64,000 nt of DNA, from contig JAYWIR010000025.1 of assembly GCA_036172245.1 (NCBI GenBank), positions 1,922,001 to 1,986,000 of the forward strand. The letters are read 5' to 3'. The translations under genes were made by a program, and so were the position numbers. The notes beneath the pieces were generated by a model, which was not told the DNA's origin, searched no databases, and was given only the letters and a program-made list of their open reading frames with translations. This DNA comes from Raillietiella orientalis. Taxonomy: Eukaryota. Of the stretch, positions 13,001-23,099 are shown one piece after another. How positions within the stretch are numbered: the first letter of the stretch is position 1; the number at the start of each line of letters is the position of its first letter.

Positions 13001-16000
13001 CGCTGTCTCATCGGGAAGACGATACAGAAAGGAGGCGTTCTGGAGAGCGAGACAACGTTGCGGCAGATGGCGCATTGAACAGAGGCCATCCTTGGATACG
13101 GCAAGCGAGAAGCACGATGCAAAGTGCTTTGCCGCTGCTCCGCAATCTGATCTACCACGGCCCTCCAAAGCTCCACAGCAGAAAGAACTGTTCTCGAAAT
13201 GCAGGAACATTGCCATGCGGCGAAGCAAAGAGCAACCGAAGGAGGAAGTCGGGAATCATGACCGTCTGAAAATGAAAGGGCGCGGGATTTGAAGAGAATG
13301 GGGGCAAGGAAGGGAAGCGAAAGTTCGCTCTGACGGCGACTGAAACCTAATGGCAGAGAGCGATTCGCTTTCCTTGGGCGCTGCGCACATGAAACCTCCG
13401 CAATCACCTTGAGCAAAGGCGCTTTTACTAAGCATTGGTTGGTGCAGGTCCAATACGTCCTGCTGGTGTCTCATCGAGATGCTGGAAATTTTGCCCAGAG
13501 TAGCTTGACGGGAGACGCTTGCATCAAACTCTGCCGCCGTCGCGTTGCTCCTGGTTACCCTCCTGAGTCTCGTTGAGTAGCGGTCTCGTTCCGCACGGCC
13601 GCTCCTTTTGGAGCACGACTTCAGGGGATGCTTCGTCATGAGGGTGCGCGCACCCATGCAGCAAAGGTCAGTTAAATGGAGTTTATGGAAACTCAATGTG
13701 CATTCCACAATGCTGAGCTCCTGACGGCATCCAGTAGTAGCACTCACTGAATTGTTAGAGGGAGAAGAGAGAAAATCTGCTTCCAATGCGAATCATTAGG
13801 ATCTTCTGTTTGTGAAACCTGTGATTAAATGGAAGCTGTTCCTCTTCCTTTGCTTTCAATGAGTTGCATGAAATGTGAGCTTATAAATAAAGTGGATAAT
13901 ACTATGGCTGTGACTGCAGTCATCCATGATTAGAACTCCTTTAAGAATTCATCAGAGAACATTTACGTTACGGTCATTAATGTACGCCAAAGTTTCCAGA
14001 GCTTTAGGCAAAGGACAATTGTTCTCAAGTTACGCCGAATGCGATCTCTGCTTTCAAGGAAAATTTTGAAGATTGATAACGACTGTGACGAGTTCTTTTT
14101 GTTCTTCTTCCTCATTCTTTTCATCTTTTCCTTTCATCTCTCTCATCACAGCTTTTTTCATCTCTCTCCTTCATCTTCTTCTTGTCGAAAAAAGACGGAA
14201 GTTACAAGGGTATTCATTACTTTTGCTTCGAACGGCGAAGAACTCTCGGAAGCAATCGGTATCTCGTTGCCGGAGCACACTGGAAGCATATCAGCACTCA
14301 CGTGGTGTGGAACTTTGCTCCTTTGCGCAACGAGGGACGAAAGGGTGAAGCAGAAGAAAAAGTGAGGAGCTCTCGACGAAGGCTGTTCGCGCGATCGAAG
14401 CAAAACGGTCCAGAAGTTCTCCGGCTGGAACACAAGGGACCCAGCGGATCCCGAATGAAATGCGAATGGCGTTCCACTGGAACGACGGGAGAAAAGAAGA
14501 CAGTTTGCAGAGCAACACATCGAACTCTAGGTTTCCAATTTACTGAAAAGAAAGGAGGAAAGGAACACGTTCGACAGGTAGCGAAAGTCCCCAATCGTCT
14601 TGCTATTACTGTCCAAGTTTCTCGAAAGAAAGAAGAAAAAAAAAGCCAGCGACAGAGGATGAAAGCGAATGCTTCCTCCCTGGATGTGGATTCAAGGGAA
14701 ATCAAGGAACGGCAATAAGGGGTCTGATGAATGGATGCAATGCGATTCCGAGTCATTACAGACGGCATACGTGCGCACACGACACCACTAGTGAGTCCGA
14801 ACGATCCGCGTGTGAAAAGAGATCTGTGAAATAGCCCCAGTCCTAGAATGACCTTGCGCGGATCGATGTCTAACGCAGGGAGGCTGGCAGGGCATAGGGA
14901 AGCGGCAGTTCGAGTCCTGGAGGTAATGGATGCAAATCACGACACGGCTCGCCTTAAGTGAATGAAAATGGGACGAATCGTGTGGCTGCATTCTTTTCTT
15001 CGTGTTCCTCCAAAGATGATTAGCAGGCATGACCTGTCACAGGAACGAGCGAGATGAAGTGAGAGGCAACAATGGGATGGATGGGAATCAACAGGGATCG
15101 ATAGCGCAATTCGCTTTCGATGCTCCTCTCTCATTATCCTCTCTCATCTCATCTCTCATTTCTCAAATAGCCGTTTCTCCCCGCTCCGGAAGTGTCTTCG
15201 AAAGTTGCATCTTTCGGCTGGAATCTCCCCGTGAAGTCCCCTTGTTCGTAAACCGAAGCAATCACTTCCACCTTCTGCTTGATTGGATCCCAAATACATG
15301 TCTAGCTATGCTGAGCAATTGTTCTGAAAGGTCGAAATGATGGTCATCAAGCATTTCATAAGTAGCAGTCAAGAAAAGCAGGGGCATTTACAAGCCTTGC
15401 TGTAGGAAAGAACGCTGAAAGCGAAAAGCACCAGTCGAATTCGATGGCCATCTTCGAATCCATGCAGGGAAAAGCACTGATAGAGAGAAGAAGAAATTGA
15501 ATTTCAGACTCGGAAAGAGATGGTGCCTTTCCAGTTTTGCGCAGCGAGAGCTTTTCTAGTACAAAGACGAACTGGCTAAGAACGATGCGGGAAGTTCAGA
15601 GGCAACAAGACAAATACAAAAAGTGGGAAGGCGACAGAAAACAGTTGCGACAGACGAGACTCGAGAGGACGCTTATGTTGCCTTGGTATCATCCAGAGTT
15701 TTGATGAGTTCAGCCCTTCGTAAAAGGAAAAAGTACCAGCATGAAAGTGAGATTTCGTTTTCGGCTGACGATTACCCTGGCAGCAGAAGCATTTGAAAAA
15801 TACACACACACATACACTACTGGTTTTGTTTTGTTTTACATATTCCCCTTGATCGGAGCAAAAGAAATTATTTAGTGCAAAGTCTTCCTGGGAATCTTGA
15901 AAAACTATTTTCTATAAATGCTTGGAACACGAAACCAAAAACACACCTGTGCTTACACACACGAGAATCCTCCTGATGCACGGTGTATTTTTCGTTTGGT

Positions 16001-17651
16001 GCCCTGCTGAACGTGTACACTCCGCGGAAGTTCTGAAAGCATGGAGTTGGCAAGCCAGCGGCGGCAAAAGGTGAGCGCGGAAGCCGGCAAGAGCCAGGTT
16101 GATGTGTCAGAGGACACCCCAGGATTGCTTGGACAACCTTCGAGTCCGTTTTTGACTGTTCCCATTTGCGAATTCACAAATTCAGGCTCTCGAGGATGCA
16201 ATTTGTTTCCGCGAAACATGGAACACTGGAACCACATGGTTCTGTGCAAAGCAAAGACTCCTCCACACCACGGATTACTATTTCTTGACGATTCCTAGCC
16301 ATTGCAGAGCTCCGTGGACTAAACGCAAAATGATCTCTCCCTTCCCCTCCCCTCCCTTTCAAATATTAAAGCAACCTGGAAATACAAAAGTGAACATGCA
16401 AAACTATAGAGGACCTTTCCGAAAATGACGCGTAAAAGGGGCTTAGCAAAGTGAATTCTTCATGGGAAGTGCAATGCACAAGTACCCGTCTCGATGGATC
16501 AGTCGAACTGGGTGCTCGTAATGTATTCTAAAAAGCTGATGGACACGGACTTTGTTTACATTGTGTGCCTTGAAGCTCATAGTTGGATTCAGAATAAGTT
16601 CGTAGTGGTGGTAATGGCCTTAATCCACAGCCTCCATCTTCAGCAGAGTTGGGTTTTCAGCTTTTACGCAGATCGCTGCCACCCTCAGTGAGGATCGTCG
16701 CAATCTGCCCCAAATGCCAAAATGTCACCGTCAGCTCTCTTCCCAGCATCACTCGTTTCTGGGGTCCCCGTGTTGAATCCTCTGGCACACGATTCACCTT
16801 CACGTGCGCGCGCCATGACAGTCGGTTCCACGCCGTGACCGTGTGGCTAGCGAAAACACGATTCGATCCACTCAAACATAATTTTTCTACTCAGGAATGT
16901 TCGCCATCTGTGCGTTTACATAGCTGCATCAATCCTAGAATATTCACTGGAGGCTTCATCTTCCCTGTTGACAAGGGTCCACGTTCCCATGGTGAAGTGC
17001 TTTGGCTTCTCTTGTGGATGCTACCGGAATTCGGGATGTTTTTTTTTTTTTTTTTTGGCTTGTCTGAACGAGAGGGGTGTTTCTCCTTGAAAAGTGCTTT
17101 GCGGCATCGGGGATATGCCATATTCTCGTCTCTGTTTTGTGGATTTAGATGTTTCTAAGTTAAATACGATCGAAAGGAGTCGGCGGCAGTTAAGGCGATT
17201 ACTGTGTGGGCGTGGTGGCGGAAGCCGAAACCGGTTGGTGAGCATTCATTAAGCTCAAAAGAACGCAGGTAATGATGGGGATCCATACCATGTGAGCTCT
17301 TCCCTCCCTCCCCCTTCTCCTCCTTCTAAACTTCTAAACTTCTGCTGCGCAGCGTTCATTTGGATGCCAGCCATTTGATGTGAATAATGTTGTTTCTTTC
17401 CTGCAAATATTCTTATAATATTCCAGGGGTTATTCGTTTCTCTTCTGTACTGCTTCTTCAATACAGATGTGAGATGCGTCCTTAAGTACCGTTTATGTAA
17501 AATGCTGCATAGAAGAAATCCATTACGAGGAGATAAATATTCCGTGAGATTTACACGCGAAGGAAGAGGAACGCTGATACGAAAATACAAGCCAACAAGG
17601 TTGTTCTTTCTCACAAAATTTTTTATAATTAGACTTGCAACCACCGTTTGA
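4074..17651 (+). CDS. Class B (secretin-family) GPCR, CRF/diuretic hormone 44 receptor-like; 5'-partial. Exons 4074-4179 (TM3), 5940-6020, 7688-7767 (TM4), 7958-8095 (ECL2/TM5), 8183-8368 (TM6), 17427-17651 (TM7/helix 8/C-tail; 3' end uncertain)
   Basis: All exons have AG/GT boundaries with compatible phases. They splice to YFHLTSFFWMLIEG-FYLFMLVVQTF...FGYG-SSLILMVGWI...FCPWM...DWIFLCPALVVLAVNCIFL...VLIVKLRS...QYLKAAKALLILIPLLGLTY...RAILISTQ-GLFVSLLYCFFNTDVR. These match class B motifs (FFWMxxEG, PLLG, QG..V...YCF.N) and resemble arthropod DH44 receptors. I did not find the ECD, TM1 or TM2 exons in the window. Confidence 0.9.
4730..4816. repeat. Dispersed intronic repeat, copy 1 (copy 2 at 6363-6449; partial copy near 6665-6692)
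   Basis: gacccgggatagaaattaggggtgtccgccggtcccgagatcgaagatcagaatccgccatgcgcctcttcccag aligns colinearly with gacccgagatcgagatctggggtgtccgtcggttccgagaatagaagtccagaatcctccatgtacctcttcccag. Confidence 0.75.
6363..6449. repeat. Dispersed intronic repeat, copy 2 (pairs with 4730-4816)
   Basis: Colinear alignment by eye with copy 1, same orientation. Confidence 0.75.
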
Positions 17652-18837
17652 CACGATGCCTGTGATTGACGTTTGAGAACGAGAGAGGTTGACCCGATGT
17701 GAAAGACACGATTTTTCGAGAAAGGTGGTCCGGAATGATGTGAGATTCCTATGACGCTTTGCTTCCGAGTCTCGAGCCTGTCGAGACGGATCCGAGAATG
17801 AAAATGCAGTGCCTGCCAAGTGCAAATGCGATGGATTCGTTAGAAATGACCTCATCCTTTCAAGTTATGTTAAAGCTGCGGCAATAGCCCCAGTCCCTGA
17901 ATTACTCCCTCTTCTGGAAGCGCAGTGGACAGCGTCATGGAAACGCGTTCCCCGGCTACGTGGAGAACCGGCTCTTTGGTTTTTTCCCTGGCAACTTCGT
18001 GTTGGGCAGGCTTGCTGCACTGGGAAAATGGGGCTCCTTCATCCGAATTTATCAAGGTTTAATCTGAGCGAGTCGTTATAGATCGACTGTATCTTCCATA
18101 AATCCGCAAAAAAAAAAAAAAATTTTTTTTGAAAAGCTCTACAGATCAACATACATGTTTAACTGATTGCGGTGAGGATTAAAGAGGTATTAATGAGCAT
18201 GCTTATAGGTGTACTTGAAAACGCGTAGCACCACAAATGGACCGGGTTTGGGTGTGAATGCATGCATTCGATTAGCAGAAAAGGGGTCGTTAAGGATGAA
18301 AGGGGATGGTGTGAATGCAATGCGGGAAGTAATGCGAGCGGCTGCTCATCGCTGTGCCGAAATTAACCAGGTTTGTGGCTGCACCGTTTCCACCCATCAC
18401 AAGCATCTAGAACAGGTTTGGCCGCTCCCTGATGGAGATCCCGACGGTGCCCCGGACACGTAAACTTTGCAGGGCAATTTTGGTCTTGTCCGAAAGGTCC
18501 ACTGAGGCATTCGGTCCGCGCCGAAGGGTCCATCCACAGCTGCTCCATATTTGATGGAGAATGGAAACTGGCTTTGCTTTACTGGATGTGAATCAGAAAC
18601 CAGTTCGATTCCATGACAGTTTATTTACGTCACTTTCATTAGTGGATCCCGGATTTTACTTTATTCTTGTTCTTCCACAGCGTCGAGTTGAGCGCGGTCA
18701 CTTTAGAGTCCAGCGAGCAGCAGCTCTCGAGTGTACATCGATCTGATGTCCAGCTTTACGCTCGTTATATCTATTGGCAGTCTTAATTGTATGCTGTTCG
18801 TTTGCCGATATCGTCGTGAAGTCGGCGATAGGTTTTT

Positions 18838-18948
18838 CCGAAGGGTGGCGGTTTCATTCGAATGTGACCACCGAGGATCTGGGTAAAGTAATATACCGAT
18901 TGGAAGGAGGATGAGCTACCGTCAGCTCTTGAAACCGCCACCCTTCGG
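18838..18948. repeat. Perfect 19-bp inverted repeat (18838-18856 / 18930-18948) with 73-bp spacer
   Basis: ccgaagggtggcggtttca is the exact reverse complement of tgaaaccgccacccttcgg. Confidence 0.95.
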
Positions 18949-18978
18949 CTTGCCCGCTGGGAAGCAGCCTAGACGTAA

Positions 18979-19240
18979 CTTACCGTCCTCAAGAGAAGAC
19001 ACGAAGACGGTGTGCCGGGCACAGAGGGTAACAGCAAAAAGGCAGCTGGAAACAGAGGAGCGCGTCCGTTAGAGAGAGGAAGCAGACTCGTCCGGGGTTA
19101 TGCGCCGCTCTTGCGCTGCACCTCGCCCGTACTGCACTCTGTCGGGATGCTCGGGAAAGACTGGCCTGATGATCCGTTTGTCCCGTGATCTCCGGACGGT
19201 CTGTAGGAAGACGTGTTCCCCCCTGGAAGGGGACCGTCCG
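18979..19240 (+). repeat. Diverged, internally deleted duplicate of 19729-19907 plus 20915-20933
   Basis: About 180 bp align with 19729-19907 (aaaaaggcagctg.aaacagaggagcgcgt...ggaagcagactcgtccggg...tgcgccgctcttg.gctgcacctcg...tgtcgggatgctcgg). An exact 19-mer, cctggaaggggaccgtccg, occurs at 19222-19240 and 20915-20933. Confidence 0.85.
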
Positions 19241-19399
19241 TTCGGTACTAATGCATATACATTCAAGTGTCTGGTGAGAACCTTGGAGCCTCTGGTCTTC
19301 TTCTGCCTTCCACGGAAAGGTAGTCCACTAGTTCAACCAGTTTTCCTCCTGGATTCCCCACAATGTGCTTGAGAGTTTCATTGGGATCTTCCAATACGA

Positions 19400-21200
19400 A
19401 TGCAAGTCCAAACAAGATTGTCATGCGCTCGTCTTTCAGACCCAAAGAAGGTATTTCTCAAGTGCCAAATATCAGGAACCGTCTGCCGAGAACCAAATTT
19501 CTCGGTTGGCCTCTTGGACAGGACCGAATATCAGCCAATCAAACTGGAACAGGCTGTTTCCTCTATGAAGATGCCCATGCAGTTGCGGCGACGAACACCA
19601 TGGACGCTTCAGTGGTGTTAAAACTTTGGCTCCAGACGGACCTTCTGTCATCTCTCCAGCAGGTGGCTTTCTTCTCCTCCAACAACGCCACTCTTCTGTG
19701 GCAACGGGAAGGCTTTGCAAGTGATCTGCCTACCATTCTCAAGAGAAGGCACGAAAACGGTGCTCCAGGCAAAAAGGGCAGCAGAAAAAAGGCAGCTGAA
19801 AACAGAGGAGCGCGTCTGCCAGAGGGAGGAAGCAGACTCGTCCGGGATCGTGCGCCGCTCTTGTGCTGCACCTCGGCTCTCCTGCGAGCTGTCGGGATGC
19901 TCGGAGAACTTTTGGTCCAGGCACCGCACGGCGATAAGTGGTCCATCGTTCTTGGCTTAGTCTGCCCGCCGAGAAGCTGTCCAGAGACCTCGAAGAGGCA
20001 GGCAAGTGGATGCTGGAGCCTGGCTCAGAACCCTGCTGCTCGAGAAGCGCTCGCCTCGATGCAAGCGATCGTTGCAGGATCCCTCGCTGCGTGGATGCCA
20101 GGCAACAACGAGATGCTGGAAGAAACTCGAAATCAAACGAGAAAGAAGGCTGAGATAGAGCCAACCAGCATCCGAGGCGTGCGCGGGAGATGTGGCTGGA
20201 CCATTGGATGGCAAGCAAGAAAGTGCCGAGTTTCCACCATAAGGAGGCAGCTCTCACCTTCTGATGGGCAGCTGAAGAACCGAAATGCGCACTCGTTCTG
20301 AACGGGACTCCCAATTCTCCTCCCATCCAGAGAAGAAGACGTAGGAACAGCTTTGAGGAATCGGTCAGCCTGCCATAAGCTTCTTAGCGAGCATAGCCGG
20401 ATGGCGCCGGCATGGACCCGGCAGGAAGGCGGAGTCCCCCACGCTCGAACGGTGGAAGCTCCGTCTTCCTATCGGACCGGGACGGATGCTCCATCGAGAT
20501 GGCGCCGAGAGACCTACGCCCATCTGATTCGCTGCTCTTTCGGGAAGCCGAGGACTTGAAATGGCCCTCCCGGACGTGCAGGGGGATCCATCGAGGAGGA
20601 TCTAGAAGCTCGTCCGTGGGTTGGACGCCGCGAGAGCGAAGCGGGGGGAGAAGGGGACGGGAGAGCTCCAAGCGCTTACTGTGAGAAGTGGAGGCGCCCA
20701 TCTGGATGGGGAGGATGACCCGCTGTCCGCCGCCTCTCCAAGGGGGGAGGACACTCTGTCCCTCAGAACGCTGTCGAGCCCCCAGGTTCACGGTCCACGC
20801 GGAATGCGCCGAGCTCGTGGCGACAGGACACCGCGTCGGCAGCGGGACGCTCCAGAAAAGTCGATGCCGGGGCACGCAGAGGACGGAGAAGGGCACTGAC
20901 TTCCGGAGGGAGAACCTGGAAGGGGACCGTCCGACCTGCAGAGTCGTCCGAGACTTTCCAGGAGCTGCGTTTCCTGCCGGAATGCGCGATGAGCAAGGGG
21001 ACGGATGAACTGGGGACATGGCGGTGGCTTTTCCTGCGAACTGATGCCACCAGATGGACCGCCTCCCGATGAGATCGCGCGCGTGCGACGCAGAACGGGG
21101 AGTGCCGGTCACCGCGGCAACCTGGAGGAGGCTTCCCGGCTCCCGTCGCGTATCCACGGTGGCTGCTCCGAAAGTGCTCGGGATGCGCTTTATGACCCTT
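19400..21200 (+). mobile_element. Highly decayed non-LTR retrotransposon (RT-region relic), tentative
   Basis: Degenerate RT-like motifs appear in the expected order across frames: EYQPIKL (cf. NYRPISL), QREGF (cf. QxGF), GWTIGWQARKCRV (cf. L.IN..KC.V). A local duplicate copy exists. No YADD motif survives. Confidence 0.35.
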
Positions 21201-22918
21201 CCGGACAGTCCGTCTGCGCGTGCATGTTATCTCAGGAAAAGGAGGAGCGTCCCACTTCTGGGGAGGAGAGCGATACTTCCCCTTCCCCTACTGCTCCCTT
21301 GGAAGAGCTCTGAAGGCGCGACCAGGAGCAGGAAATGCCGATCTCGGAGCAAGCCGGGCACAAGAGAAGAGACTGCGAGAACCCGGAAGCCCCTCGGTGC
21401 TCTCATGACGGATTGAAGAGGTGTCGAAGAAGGCGAACGAAAAAATCAACCTCAGTAGTCTCTCCCGAGATCGCGGATTCAACAGCCTTCCGTCCCGGCC
21501 TCGGGGACGGGGAGAAGAGGACGAGCCGATCCCAGAGAGAGTGAAGAGTAGACGCAGCAGCCGAGCGAGATTCCTCCGCCTAGTCATCATCCCCCATGGG
21601 GGTTTTTGCACACTTTGGGAATGTGGAACTCCTCTCCGGAGCCGAGGAGACGCCGAGAGCTGTGGGGATGAGGCAGGGTCATCGTGGAATCAGGAAAGAG
21701 AGAGAGCTGCTCCTCAGGAAGAGAGAGAGGGGGAGAGAGGGGGGCGCCGTTGGCGACGCACTCCTCGACCACCTCGTGTGGAACGAGAGGCAGGAGAAGT
21801 TTCCCTCTCCTCCTCGCGATCCTCGATCTCACCTTTCCATCTCCAGCTCTTCCTGGTAGCCGCCCGCGCTTCAGAAGGAGACGATCCGTCACCCTGCTCA
21901 TTCCCTCCCCACTTCCCCCTCCTGCCCCTGTCGTTGCCCCAACCCGATTGAAAGCTCGGGAGCGTGAAGCTCCGTCCCCATCCTTGCTGAAACCGTCCCT
22001 CCTCCTCCTCCGGCCACTTCATCTCCCCCTCTGGTGCTGCACACTTCCGGCTTCCGCAGATCGCCAAATCCGCACGGTGCCCGTCTCTTCCGGCGTGTCC
22101 TCGACGGGGCATTTTTGCCCCTTCCAAGAAGGAGAGGAGGACTTTCCTCCGTGGACGCACCTGGAAAGGAAGGAGCCCGCAGTATCACATCCGCTCGGCC
22201 TACCCCGTCCCCCTTTGTTCCCTCTCTTCCCTCCTTCGTTCTCTCTTGGCAGTCGAATCGTCGAGGCGAGTGCGCGGGAAGAACCGTTCGGAAACGCGTG
22301 CGCTTCCTCTTTAAATCGTCCAGCAGCATCCAGATCCATGCTTCACGATTCCCTCTCTTCTATTCTCAGGCAAAAGTCCCAGAGCAACAGCCTTGCGATC
22401 TGAACGGGCGGCAGCAGCAGCAGTAGCAGAAGAAGAAGAAGAAGAAGCCAGATGCACAGAGTGCAAGGACGTCGGCAGCGCCGGAACCGAACAGCAAATC
22501 TCGGAGAGATCGCGCCGCCCTCTCCTGCCCGGAGGTGGACAGGGGGGGGCAGCGCCGTGAGACAGGCCTCCGCGAGAGACCGCCGCCGTCGCCCTGGTTA
22601 CAATCCCTCCAGGAACGCGTCCCCCAGATGGTCCCAGCAAAAAACCCCAAGGGCCCGCCGCCAAAGCCAAGAAGAGGTGGTCTGACCTGTCTGCACGAGA
22701 CGCGCGTCGGAGGAGCAGCCCCAGAAGTGCCGTTTCTAGGAAGACAGCAGCATAGCGCTGCCTCCGCGGCCGGGGTATCGAGGCAGGAGTCGATTGGTCC
22801 TTCCCGCAAATACAGATCATATCCAGGTGAACCGATCTCGGTTGATTGGCGCTCGTCAGATGGAGCATGCTGCGTGGCAACGACCTATCAGGGTGTTCCG
22901 GCGATCGACGGCCCTCAG

Positions 22919-23050
22919 CTGGACCTTCCCTGGCATCCTTGCAGACGTCTTACCTTGTTCTTTCCTTTGTTTCGTTTTGTTTGATCCCCTCCCTCCCCAT
23001 CCAACTGGGACCGGACCACCAAGTGTACTGCTGCTCACCTTGGAGTTACC
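22919..23050. repeat. Direct repeat of about 130 bp, copy 1 (copy 2 at 28016-28148)
   Basis: ctggaccttccc.ggcatcc.tgcagacgtctt.ccttgtt...gtttcgttttgtttgatcccc.tccctccccatccaactg.gaccggaccaccaagtgtactgctgctcaccttgg.gttacc is shared with only scattered mismatches. Confidence 0.95.
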
Positions 23051-23099
23051 CCCGAAATGGGGGTGCACTTCGGGAGGACCCAATTGAACCACCAGAGCT

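Noticed and set aside
19363..20301. Longest ORF in the track (312 aa) as a host gene
   Set aside because: It has no coherent domain and overlaps a duplicated, RT-like decayed sequence.
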